Virus record (IMG/VR): IMGVR_UViG_3300037458_000449
DNA from: an uncultured virus (IMG/VR IMGVR_UViG_3300037458_000449)
Taxonomy: Duplodnaviria; Heunggongvirae; Uroviricota; Caudoviricetes
Direction: 5' to 3' (one strand)
Length of the DNA: 20,000 nucleotides
The stretch's first letter is position 1. Each line of letters opens with the position of its first letter. Position numbers and translations under genes: made by a program. Shown piece by piece: positions 6,550 through 14,442 of this stretch. A model generated the notes under the pieces. It was not told where the DNA came from, ran no database searches, and saw nothing but the letters and a program-made list of their open reading frames with translations.

Positions 6550-7046
6550 GTCTTGCCCTTGAGAATTGAAGAAATGTTTGCTGGCGTGACCCGGAAGTGA
6601 CGGGCGATGTCTTTGCCCAACACTCCGTTTCTGTTCATGTCGCGAATGCGCTGCACGTCGCTTGTGGTCAGCTTTGCTAGAAAGTTCCGTTCGCCGCGAG
6701 CAGACCGGCCATGGCGAACCTTGTCGGCGTGGTTGGCCTTGCGCGTGTCCCATCGCAGATTGCATAGCCGATTGTCGGCCGGATTTCCGTTGTAGTGGCA
6801 CGCCTCCATCCCTTCAGGGCAGGGGCCAGCGAAGGCCGAGAGCACCAGCCGGTGAACGAGCATGAACGGACTGCCGCGACCAAGCCGAAGATGAAGGTGC
6901 CCGCTCTTCATGGGTTTTGGTGAGAGCACCCGGCCGCGCCACTTGCGACCCGAGGGCAGCGTTCTCGATAGGCTGCGAACGCGCCCGAGGCTGGATACCT
7001 CGTAGGCTCCTTCATGACCTCGGATCGGGCGCCATTCCTCTATCAC
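6531..7046 (-). CDS. NUMOD4-HNH homing endonuclease with C-terminal HTH
   Basis: EEWRPIRGHEGAYEVSSLGRVRS (NUMOD4); VHRLV...CHYNGNPADNRLCNLRW (HNH_3); IARHFRVTPANISSI HTH. Confidence 0.93.
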   Translation of the reverse strand: MIEEWRPIRGHEGAYEVSSLGRVRSLSRTLPSGRKWRGRVLSPKPMKSGHLHLRLGRGSPFMLVHRLVLSAFAGPCPEGMEACHYNGNPADNRLCNLRWDTRKANHADKVRHGRSARGERNFLAKLTTSDVQRIRDMNRNGVLGKDIARHFRVTPANISSILKGKTWNHTL

Positions 7047-7780
7047 GAACGTGCCCTCGCGCGAACTTCGCGAACGATCGCGTTATAGTTCTTGGCTGCA
7101 ATCTGATCGAGTGACGTAACTTTCGCCCACTTCATAAAGCGATCGATGTTTGCGCCGGTTTCGTCCAGCAGCGCGCGGAGGTCGGCGACCTGGCTTTCGG
7201 TGATGACGTCGATCGACGCGCCGCGGCCGTCATCGTCTATGTCCTTGGTCGCGAGGCCGGTCGCGGCGAGCAGCGTGTATCGCTGCAGGTAGGAAACCGC
7301 CGAGCCGATCGCCTGGATCGCGTTCTTGCCGCCGGACTGATCGGCGGATCCCGTGAGCGTCGTGCGCTCGCTGTGGCCCTGCTCATGCGTCAGGACGCAA
7401 TGGACCGTGATGCGGTCGTTCTGCTGTTCGACGTCCCAGCGATGACTGATGCCAACGTCGGCCAGGCCTTTGATCACGGCCGCGCAGACATCCGCGAGGG
7501 TCGCGTGCATGTAGTCGGTCGTCCCCTTCTGCGTCGTGAAGTTGACGTGCTTGCGCTTGAGGATTTCCGGCGGGTTCCGCTTGAACTGCGCCATGGCGGC
7601 GACGTAGGCCTTGCGCGCCTCGTTCGCTTCCCATCGTTCCTGCAGCGCCATCAGCTGCTCGAGCTTGGCGAGGTCGGCGCCCTGGTCGAGCGCGACCTGT
7701 AGCATCTGCATGGGCGTAACCGCAGGGCGGTCCTGCACGATGGCGGGCTGCATGGGCCGCGCCTCTACTACTGCGTTCAT
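7043..7780 (-). CDS. erf: ERF-family single-strand annealing protein
   Basis: GGKNAIQAIGSAVSYLQRYTLLAATGLATKDIDDDG ERF motif; LTHEQGHSE. Confidence 0.92.
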   Translation of the reverse strand: MNAVVEARPMQPAIVQDRPAVTPMQMLQVALDQGADLAKLEQLMALQERWEANEARKAYVAAMAQFKRNPPEILKRKHVNFTTQKGTTDYMHATLADVCAAVIKGLADVGISHRWDVEQQNDRITVHCVLTHEQGHSERTTLTGSADQSGGKNAIQAIGSAVSYLQRYTLLAATGLATKDIDDDGRGASIDVITESQVADLRALLDETGANIDRFMKWAKVTSLDQIAAKNYNAIVREVRARARS

Positions 7781-7989
7781 GTGTTCCCCTCATTGGTGGG
7801 CTGGCGGTGCAGCACGGTCTGTCCGTGCTGCGTCGAAATCGTGAGTCCGGTGCCGCGCAGCGCGTTGACGAGCTCGCCTACGCTCATGTCGCGCAGCATC
7901 AGGACGTGGAAGGTCGGGGCCGCGGGCTGGCGACGGCGGGCTGCGCGAGCCTCGAAGAACGGCGTCGCGTCGATGGTGTTGCTGCTCAC
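7777..7989 (-). CDS. Hypothetical early protein
   Basis: GTG start in GTGA overlap; ends in ATGA overlap with erf. Confidence 0.6.
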   Translation of the reverse strand: MSSNTIDATPFFEARAARRRQPAAPTFHVLMLRDMSVGELVNALRGTGLTISTQHGQTVLHRQPTNEGNT

Positions 7990-8189
7990 GACTGGATCCC
8001 GGCCTGCGTCTTGCGGCCGCGTTCTTCCATGCGGCGGCGGGCGTCCTGCCGACGCAGGTCTTTCCATTGATGCTCGGTGAAATCGCCGTAGTCGCTGTCG
8101 CCGCGCTTGGCGAACGACAGGAACTCGAGGATGAGATACACGGCTACCAGCCAGAGGCAGGCGAGCATCAGTCCCGTGGCCCAACTCAT
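7986..8189 (-). CDS. Small membrane-anchored early protein
   Basis: N-terminal hydrophobic helix MSWATGLMLACLWLVAVYLILEFLSF; ATGA overlap. Confidence 0.65.
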   Translation of the reverse strand: MSWATGLMLACLWLVAVYLILEFLSFAKRGDSDYGDFTEHQWKDLRRQDARRRMEERGRKTQAGIQS

Positions 8190-8488
8190 GACGTGCGCTC
8201 CTCGCTGCAGCAGTTGAGGCAGCGGAAGTTCAGCAGCGCGGCCGACGACACCGGCACGGACGACGCGAGCGGGACATCCCGGCCGCAACGCTGGCAGGTT
8301 GCCGTGTTGTCGTAGACCGGCTTGGCGACGGGCGCCTTGATGATCTCCATGGCTTCATCAAGGCCGTGCCTACGGCCATGCATCCATGCGATCTCGGCGA
8401 GCTTTACCGGGTCAGCGCCAGCGAATTTAGCGAACAGCCGTTCGGCGGCGAGCCGGGCCGTGTCGATGTCGGAAGATACTGAGGTCAT
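8186..8488 (-). CDS. First gene of the leftward operon; C-terminal zinc ribbon
   Basis: GGAG SD before ATG at 8488; CQRC...CLNC. Confidence 0.7.
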   Translation of the reverse strand: MTSVSSDIDTARLAAERLFAKFAGADPVKLAEIAWMHGRRHGLDEAMEIIKAPVAKPVYDNTATCQRCGRDVPLASSVPVSSAALLNFRCLNCCSEERTS

Positions 8489-8519
8489 CTTGGGGCTCCG
8501 TCCTGTGGAAGGAGCGCCC

Positions 8520-8548
8520 AAGGTAATGCCGATTGGCCGTTAGGTCAA
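8520..8548 (-). promoter_or_regulatory. PL-like sigma70 promoter
   Basis: TTGACC (8548-8543) - 17 bp - TACCTT (8525-8520), upstream of the leftward operon. Confidence 0.75.
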
Positions 8549-8558
8549 TACCTTTGAG

Positions 8559-8855
8559 TCAACATTCTGGACAGCCGACAGCCGGGCTGTTCCAAGGTTG
8601 AACGGCGAGGATCGAGGCGGCCAGGAGCAGCGCCACCAGCTGCCAGCGCATCGGCACGCGCGAGCCGCGCCGCGGCAGCAGGTTCCACGCGAGCAGCCCC
8701 GGCAGGCATAGCGCGACCGCGGCGAGGAAGAACTGGATGAGGAACTGCGCGAGCCTCGCGGCCGGCAGGTTCCAGAGCATCACCTGGGCGGCGGCGATCC
8801 CGGCGGCCCACCCTGCCCCCCACGTTATGTCGCGGATGGTCAGGGCCGGCGGCAT
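8559..8855 (-). CDS. Small multi-pass membrane protein downstream of repressor (rex/sie position)
   Basis: ATG 2 nt after the cI stop; three hydrophobic segments; ends CPEC. Confidence 0.7.
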   Translation of the reverse strand: MPPALTIRDITWGAGWAAGIAAAQVMLWNLPAARLAQFLIQFFLAAVALCLPGLLAWNLLPRRGSRVPMRWQLVALLLAASILAVQPWNSPAVGCPEC

Positions 8856-8857
8856 CG

Positions 8858-9505
8858 TCAGTATTGCTTGGCCTGGTAGATGACGCGGCCGATGATCTGG
8901 CCGTCGCCGAGCTCGACCATGCGCTCGGGATAGTCGTCGTTGATCGCGCGCAGGTACGTCACGTCGCCGTCGATCACCAGCTGACGCAGGATTGGTACCT
9001 TGCGCCCGGCAGGCCTCGCGACGACGAAATCCCCATGTTTTGCAGGGGTTGAAGCGTCTATGTAGATCAGCCACCCGTCACGGAACTCAGGCTCCATGGC
9101 GGGCCCGCGCACAATCGAGGCGCAGGCGGAATCGGGGACTCCCGCGGGTTGCGGTGCGTAGTCGGTCGCAGCTGTCGAGTTCATTCGTCTTAGTTGTCCG
9201 TGGTCGGAATGGACCAGATTTTCGAGCGCGATTATAGGTACACGTCCAGTCGTAAGGTAAGAATTTTCCGAGGTTTCTAGTGAGTCTCCGTAGCCGTTCA
9301 GCCGGTCGAGGTCGCCCCGCTCGAGGCCGAGCGTGACCTCGATCTCGCGCGCCAGCTTCTCGCCGAGGGCTTTCTTGCCCGTGACGAGGCGGCTGACGTA
9401 GTCGGCCTGGCGGCCGATCGCAAGCCCGAACTTGCTTTGCACACCCCCGAACCTTGAGTCGATCAGGGCCCGTAAGTTCCGTCTCCGGGTATCTGTTGTT
9501 TGCAT
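8858..9505 (-). CDS. cI: CI-like repressor, HTH plus degenerate S24 peptidase domain
   Basis: RRRNLRALI...QSKFGLAIGRQADYVSRL...GEKLAREIE HTH; VRGPAMEPEFRDG, GDFVVAR, YLRAIN, IIGRVI S24 fold; divergent from cro. Confidence 0.9.
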   Translation of the reverse strand: MQTTDTRRRNLRALIDSRFGGVQSKFGLAIGRQADYVSRLVTGKKALGEKLAREIEVTLGLERGDLDRLNGYGDSLETSENSYLTTGRVPIIALENLVHSDHGQLRRMNSTAATDYAPQPAGVPDSACASIVRGPAMEPEFRDGWLIYIDASTPAKHGDFVVARPAGRKVPILRQLVIDGDVTYLRAINDDYPERMVELGDGQIIGRVIYQAKQY

Positions 9506-9552
9506 GATGGAAGGGTAGGCCGACTCCGGCAAAAAGAAATGCGCTGCCGGTA

Positions 9553-9580
9553 TTGACCAACGTTGTCCTCGGGGTAAACT
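9553..9580 (+). promoter_or_regulatory. PR-like sigma70 promoter
   Basis: TTGACC (9553-9558) - 16 bp - TAAACT (9575-9580); ATG 9 nt further on with no SD, so a near-leaderless mRNA. Confidence 0.7.
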
Positions 9581-9589
9581 CTCGGCCCT

Positions 9590-9826
9590 ATGGACAAGCT
9601 CAAGGCCCACATCAACAGCATGACCACCCTCGAGCAATTCTTCTTTGCTCATCGGTGCGGCACCACCATCGGCTACATCAGGAAGCGCATCAGCATCGGC
9701 GGGCGCTTCGGCCAGAAGATCGCCGCGGCCATCGACCGCGAGACAGGCGGGAAGGTCCCGCTCGCCGAGATCGGGCCGATCGAGGATGAGGCCCGACCTC
9801 GCAGCAAGCGTCAGCGCGCGGCGTAG
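9590..9826 (+). CDS. cro: Cro/YdaS-like HTH regulator
   Basis: FAHRCGTTIGYIRK...AAAIDRETGGKV pattern; divergent from cI. Confidence 0.85.
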   Translation: MDKLKAHINSMTTLEQFFFAHRCGTTIGYIRKRISIGGRFGQKIAAAIDRETGGKVPLAEIGPIEDEARPRSKRQRAA

Positions 9827-9832
9827 TCGCGC

Positions 9833-10036
9833 ATGGCCGACGAAGACCTCATTGAAGTTCGCGCGAAGATCGAGGCGGAAACCAACCGCGTGCTCGACGC
9901 CGTAGCGGTCGCGACCGGGCAGGACAAGAGCGCGATCGTTCGTGAGGTCATGCGCAAGTGGGGAAGCGACGAGATCCATAGGGCAACCATCGTCCTGCGC
10001 GTTGTCTCGCGCAAGGGAAGCGGGGCGGAAACATGA
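9833..10036 (+). CDS. Ribbon-helix-helix regulator in the cII position
   Basis: EVRAKI (strand) - ETNRVLDAVAVATG - DKSAIVREVMRKW pattern. Confidence 0.7.
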   Translation: MADEDLIEVRAKIEAETNRVLDAVAVATGQDKSAIVREVMRKWGSDEIHRATIVLRVVSRKGSGAET

Positions 10037-10242
10037 CGGCGTCCCAGCGGAAGGCGAGCGGCATGCCGCGGCGCCGCGGACAAGTGTGCGTGGTGTGTGG
10101 CTACCCAGCCCCCGAATCCACCGCGCCGCTCTGTGACCAATGCCACGACTGGCAAGGGGTCGCGGCGTATGCGGACGCGGCGATCCAGTTCAGCAAGAGC
10201 CCCGCGCTTGCGCCAGGGCAAACGAAAGGGGGCGAGCAGTAA
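10033..10242 (+). CDS. Small zinc-finger protein
   Basis: CVVC...CDQC; coupled at both ends. Confidence 0.65.
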   Translation: MTASQRKASGMPRRRGQVCVVCGYPAPESTAPLCDQCHDWQGVAAYADAAIQFSKSPALAPGQTKGGEQ

Positions 10243-11132
10243 TGGCGCGCATCCGCACAATCAAACCTGAGTTCCCGCAGTCGGAAAGCATGGGGCGCGT
10301 GAGCCGCGATGCCCGGCTGTTGTTCGTGCTGTTGTGGACCGTCTGCGATGACGCCGGACGCTCGCGAGGGGACCCGAGACTGCTCAAAGGGCTGCTGTTC
10401 CCCTATGACGAGGTCGCGTACAGCGAGATTGAGGCATGGTTGGCAGAGCTCGAGGCCGAGGGTTGCCTTACGCAGTATGCTCGCGAGGGCTCGCGATACC
10501 TCGCGATTCGTAACTGGTTGAGCCACCAGAAGATTGACCGGCCATCAAGGTCGAGACTTCCAGAGCCACCCGAGACTGTCGCGAAGGCTCGCGAGGATTC
10601 GCGAGACAGTCGCGAGGCCTCGTCGGGGGATCTAGGACCTAGGACCGGGACCAAGGACCATACCGGGACCCTCGCGAGCGGCGCCGAGCCGCCGTCGCCA
10701 TCGCCGCAAGCGGCGAGCCCGCCCACGAAGCCAGCGCGGACCAAGACCCCGACCAAGACCCCATACCCCGATGATCTCGCGTGGGACGACAAGCTGCGGC
10801 AGTACGCCACCGAGCGGCTGCCCGATGTTGACGTCGATGCGCTGATCGAATCATTCCGCGGCAAGGCGCTCGCGAAGGGCTGGAAGTTCGCGAACTGGCG
10901 ACAGGCCGCGCAGGAGTACATCCGCAACTGCGCGCCGAACTCGGGACACTTTGCCGCCGGCCAATACCCGCGCCTGCTCGCCGTCGTCCATGCGGAGTCG
11001 CCTGACGCCCCCGCGACGCTGCCGAACGGCGACCCGAATCCGATCGTCGTCGTGGCCGGCAAGCGAGTGCGCCAGTACATCCTCGGGCCCGGCGGCCAGG
11101 TCGGCACGAACCCGGAGGCCGTGCGATGGTGA
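10242..11132 (+). CDS. Phage replication initiator (O-like)
   Basis: MARIRTIKPEF...ARLLFVLLWTVCDDAGR...NWLSHQKIDRPS N-terminus; internal iterons; TAATG coupling. Confidence 0.85.
   Translation: MARIRTIKPEFPQSESMGRVSRDARLLFVLLWTVCDDAGRSRGDPRLLKGLLFPYDEVAYSEIEAWLAELEAEGCLTQYAREGSRYLAIRNWLSHQKIDRPSRSRLPEPPETVAKAREDSRDSREASSGDLGPRTGTKDHTGTLASGAEPPSPSPQAASPPTKPARTKTPTKTPYPDDLAWDDKLRQYATERLPDVDVDALIESFRGKALAKGWKFANWRQAAQEYIRNCAPNSGHFAAGQYPRLLAVVHAESPDAPATLPNGDPNPIVVVAGKRVRQYILGPGGQVGTNPEAVRW
10579..10677. repeat. Candidate replication origin: TCGCGA iterons and GGACC repeats
   Basis: TCGCGA at 10579, 10589, 10599, 10610 and 10672; clustered GGACC repeats at about 10627-10670. Confidence 0.7.
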
Positions 11133-11464
11133 CATGGGCTGATCTCGCAGAACTCCGCGCCCGCGGCCAGCGACCCGCGCTCCCGGTCTACGTCACCAAC
11201 CGCCCCGTACTGGCGCGGAACATGAGCGACGTCGGCTGCCTGACGATTCTGCACAAGTCCGGCGAGCCGATGCCCGTGGAACTGCTGCGCGGGCTCGACG
11301 TGCGCCTCGACTTCGACCTCTGCGAAACGGCCGGGCACGTCAAGCGGCTCATGGATCGCCGTGACGTTCAGGCGGCTTCGCTGCGCGCGTGGTGCCGCTG
11401 CGCCAGAGGGTTTACCGCCATCTGCGGCGCATGCGACACAGGGGGCGAGCCATGGAACAGCTAA
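11126..11464 (+). CDS. Hypothetical protein between initiator and helicase
   Basis: 112 aa; overlaps both neighbours; C-terminal CRC...CGAC. Confidence 0.7.
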   Translation: MVTWADLAELRARGQRPALPVYVTNRPVLARNMSDVGCLTILHKSGEPMPVELLRGLDVRLDFDLCETAGHVKRLMDRRDVQAASLRAWCRCARGFTAICGACDTGGEPWNS

Positions 11465-12387
11465 AGCGCGGCAGCCTGCGCGGGATCTTCGTCACGCAGG
11501 ACGACCCAGCGTTCCTCGAGGCAGCGGTTGATCCCGAGCGCGTCATCCTCGATCTGAATGGGCAGAACGTCAGCGAGTTGCGCGAGGCGTTCCTCGCGAA
11601 ACAGGCCGCGTACAGCACGACGCCATTCGATCCCGAGGGGCGCCGGCTGCGCCTGTTCCCCGGCGGCTTCACGATCTGGTCGGGCTTCCCTGGCAGCGGC
11701 AAGACGACGCTGTTGCGGCAGCTGACTTGCCACTTGCTGCAGTCCGGCGGCGTGTTCTTCGCCTCGCTCGAGGAGGACCCGCGCGATTTGCTGGTGCGTG
11801 TCGCCGGGGTGGCCGCCGGCCGGGAAATGCCGTCGGACGATGAGCTCGACTGGTTCCTGTTCCAGCACGGCGAGCGGCTGAAACTGTGGGGAGTCATCGG
11901 GCTCGCGCGGTATCAGGAAATCCTCGCGACGGTGCGTGTACTGGCGCGGCAAGGAATCCGCCACGCGATCATCGACAGCCTCATGTGCCTCGACGTGAAC
12001 AGCACGGATTGGGAGGCGCAGCGGCAGTTTGCGACGGCCCTTTCGGCGACCGCGCGCCTCTCCGGCGCCCACATCCACCTTGTCGCCCATCCGCGGAAGC
12101 TCGTCTCGGCCGATCAGGCGCCGGACATCAACGACGTCGCCGGCAGCGCCGACCTTGGGCGACTGGCCGACAACGTGATTTTCATTCGCCGATCAAACAC
12201 CGAGGCCGGCATCGGCGGCGACGCTACGCCCATGTCCATCGCAATCCGCAAGCAGCGCCACGGCACCGGCGCGACGGGCGACGTTGCCGGCTGGTTCCAT
12301 CGGCATTTTCGTCAGTTCCACGTCGATCAATTCGCGCAGGAGCCCATCCGCTACCTGCGCCCCGAGGCCTACGCGAGGCACGCATGA
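11452..12387 (+). CDS. SF4 (DnaB / T7 gp4-like) replicative helicase domain
   Basis: Walker A GFPGSGKT, SLEE, IIDSL, HIHLVAHPRK, GSADLGRLADNV, KQRHG. Confidence 0.9.
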   Translation: MEQLKRGSLRGIFVTQDDPAFLEAAVDPERVILDLNGQNVSELREAFLAKQAAYSTTPFDPEGRRLRLFPGGFTIWSGFPGSGKTTLLRQLTCHLLQSGGVFFASLEEDPRDLLVRVAGVAAGREMPSDDELDWFLFQHGERLKLWGVIGLARYQEILATVRVLARQGIRHAIIDSLMCLDVNSTDWEAQRQFATALSATARLSGAHIHLVAHPRKLVSADQAPDINDVAGSADLGRLADNVIFIRRSNTEAGIGGDATPMSIAIRKQRHGTGATGDVAGWFHRHFRQFHVDQFAQEPIRYLRPEAYARHA

Positions 12388-12488
12388 CCCGAGCAAGTAC
12401 ATGGTTCGCCGTCGGCACGGTCGCCCTCATGGCGCTCGTCGCATGGATCATCTGGTCGCTGCGGCCGGAAACGTGGGTCGCCCCATGA
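12384..12488 (+). CDS. Tiny single-pass membrane protein
   Basis: MTRASTWFAVGTVALMALVAWIIWSLRPETWVAP; ATGA overlaps at both ends. Confidence 0.55.
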   Translation: MTRASTWFAVGTVALMALVAWIIWSLRPETWVAP

Positions 12489-12805
12489 ACACCACGCAGG
12501 AACATTCCGAGCGCGTCGTCGCCATGCTGACGCTGCAATCCGTCATCGACGGCCGCGACGTAACGGCCGCCGTCGAGATCCTGGCCTGCGGCTGCCTCAA
12601 GGCCGGCGCGTTCATGGCCGAGGACGACAGCGGCGAGCTCGCCATGGTGCCAGTCAGCGAGCGCAGCAACGCCATGCTGCAACTCGGGCTCCAAGCGATC
12701 GCCGCCGCACGCGCCGCCTACTCCCGCCGAATCCATCCGGCCGAAGATGCATTTCTCGCCGAGGTCCGCGCTGCCGCGCAGGCCGCGACTACGGGAGCGC
12801 ATTGA
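12485..12805 (+). CDS. Hypothetical protein (nin-like region)
   Basis: Coupled starts/stops; GC3-rich codons. Confidence 0.65.
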   Translation: MNTTQEHSERVVAMLTLQSVIDGRDVTAAVEILACGCLKAGAFMAEDDSGELAMVPVSERSNAMLQLGLQAIAAARAAYSRRIHPAEDAFLAEVRAAAQAATTGAH

Positions 12806-13080
12806 TGGCAACACCAGCAGAAGACTTGCCGCCCCCCGAGATCATCGACGCCACGCCCCTCGGCTGGCGCTTCCACTCCACCGAACGCTACGCGCTGGTC
12901 AGCATCCCCGAAGGCTTCACGGTCACTCGCGTAACGATCCCCGTGGCCGGCAAGCCGACCCCCATGTACGAGGCCTGGGACGTTCGCGAGAAGCCCGCGC
13001 GCCGCCTCGGCATGTTCCCGTGGCAAGACCAAGCCAAAGCCTGCGCCGCCACCGAATTCGCGAAGGACACCAACCCATGA
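12805..13080 (+). CDS. Hypothetical protein
   Basis: GGAG SD, TGATG coupling. Confidence 0.65.
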   Translation: MATPAEDLPPPEIIDATPLGWRFHSTERYALVSIPEGFTVTRVTIPVAGKPTPMYEAWDVREKPARRLGMFPWQDQAKACAATEFAKDTNP

Positions 13081-13337
13081 CACGACCCCGCAAACAGATG
13101 GGCCGCCCGAGCCGCCTGACCGCCGTTGAGATCGAGCGCGTGCGCCAGGTCTACGCCGCATGGATGGCAATTCGCCAAGAGCGCCTGCGCCTCGGCGCCG
13201 AGCTCGGCCTGCGGCACAGCGAGTTCACCGACTACGGCCGCGGCACGCGCGGCAAGAAGCCGCGCCCTATGTCTGCCACGGCGATCGACCGGACGACGTT
13301 CGACTGGATTTCCACCACCCCGAGGACCCCGGAATGA
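13077..13337 (+). CDS. Small basic, probably HTH DNA-binding protein
   Basis: GRPSRLTAVEIERVR...LGAELGL pattern; ATGA overlaps. Confidence 0.55.
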   Translation: MTRPRKQMGRPSRLTAVEIERVRQVYAAWMAIRQERLRLGAELGLRHSEFTDYGRGTRGKKPRPMSATAIDRTTFDWISTTPRTPE

Positions 13338-13618
13338 GCAACTGTCCACGCTGCGGCGCCGCCAAGCATCGAGGCCGCTGCAAGAAGGCGGCCCCTGCCG
13401 TTGCTGTGGCGCCGCCCGTCATCACCCTGGCCCCAGTCGCCCTCGAGGTCCCGAGCGGCCTCGGGTTCCGCGCCTCGCTCGAGGACGGCCAGCTGCACAT
13501 CGAGCAGGACCACCCCGACACCGACGGCACGATCTACACGCACAACCTCGTCCTCGCGCCGCATGAGGCCGCGCGGCTCGTTGACTGGATCGCCGACCAG
13601 GTCGGGACGCGAGCCTGA
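13334..13618 (+). CDS. Hypothetical protein with N-terminal CxxC-H-C motif
   Basis: MSNCPRCGAAKHRGRC; ATGA overlap. Confidence 0.6.
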   Translation: MSNCPRCGAAKHRGRCKKAAPAVAVAPPVITLAPVALEVPSGLGFRASLEDGQLHIEQDHPDTDGTIYTHNLVLAPHEAARLVDWIADQVGTRA

Positions 13619-13621
13619 GCC

Positions 13622-14053
13622 ATGCGGCCCCTTCGACTGACCGGCATCGAGGCCAGCCGAACCACGCGCCGCAAGCCGGTCGATCTCGCGTCGAAGCTCG
13701 CCGAGCAACTGACCCTCGCCGGCTGGCGCACCTTCGTCCGTGAGTACCACTTCCACCCCGCTCGCCGCTGGCGGCTCGACATCGCGTTCCCCGACGTCAA
13801 GCTCGGCGTCGAGTGCGAAGGTGTCGGGCCCAAGGGCAAGCCCGGCCGCCACCAGCTGACCCAGCACCTACACGCGAACACCGAGAAGCACTCGGCCATC
13901 GCCGTCGCCGGCTGGCGCCTGATCCGCGTCACCGGCCGGCAGATCCAGTCCGGCCATGCCCTGCGCTGGGTCGAGGCTGCCCTGTCCGGCGAAATCGGCT
14001 ACGTCTTCGATACGCCCGGCAACTGGGCCTCGCCCCGGAGGCGTCGTGCCTGA
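13622..14053 (+). CDS. PD-(D/E)XK nuclease, Vsr/DUF559-like (possible resolvase)
   Basis: REYHFHPARRWRLDIAFPDVKLGVECEG...GRH...GWRLIRVT. Confidence 0.85.
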   Translation: MRPLRLTGIEASRTTRRKPVDLASKLAEQLTLAGWRTFVREYHFHPARRWRLDIAFPDVKLGVECEGVGPKGKPGRHQLTQHLHANTEKHSAIAVAGWRLIRVTGRQIQSGHALRWVEAALSGEIGYVFDTPGNWASPRRRRA

Positions 14054-14366
14054 GCAGATCCAAGTCGCCCGCTTCCTCGTCGTGTTCACCAGCTACACCC
14101 AGCCCGGCGAATGGATCACCGCATCCCGCCTCGCGCAACGCATCCTGCCCATGGCCTCGAGCGAGTTCGCGAAGGAGGTCAGCCGCAAGCTGTCGAACCT
14201 CAACCGCTTCGGCCACCTCGAGCGCCGCCTGGCCCGCGATCGCCGCGAGCATGAATACGCCCGCCAGCCCGATCGCCCCGTCGTCCTGCCGGTCGAGCTC
14301 GCCTCGATGTTCCACTTCGGCGCCTACGCCGGCCTCGAAAGGCGCAAAGAGCCTATTGACCTTTAG
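14046..14366 (+). CDS. Putative winged-helix DNA-binding protein (end of early right operon)
   Basis: WITASRLAQRI...EVSRKLSNLNRFGHLERR...HEY pattern; GGAGG SD before GTG. Confidence 0.6.
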   Translation: MPEQIQVARFLVVFTSYTQPGEWITASRLAQRILPMASSEFAKEVSRKLSNLNRFGHLERRLARDRREHEYARQPDRPVVLPVELASMFHFGAYAGLERRKEPIDL

Positions 14367-14386
14367 GTAATGACCCGGTCTATAAT
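14356..14386 (+). promoter_or_regulatory. Promoter of the radC island
   Basis: TTGACC (14356-14361) - 19 bp - perfect TATAAT (14381-14386); GGTAATGACC in the spacer. Confidence 0.7.
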
Positions 14387-14442
14387 GAGCCACCCCGCCG
14401 GTAGTCGGCGAGGGACCAACCCAGCCAAGAGCGAGGGATCAC

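Noticed and set aside
6550..6801. Long N-terminal extension of the exonuclease
   Set aside because: Overlaps the HNH gene in another frame; YqaJ motifs start after ATG 6549
9506..9540. PRM promoter for cI (TACCCT 6 nt before the ATG, leaderless)
   Set aside because: Plausible by analogy to lambda, but there is no credible -35 and an alternative TTGCCG/CATCAT pairing conflicts; too weak to call
9506..9979. 373-aa version of the repressor ORF
   Set aside because: The extension is antisense to cro and the RHH gene; the HTH begins right after ATG 9505
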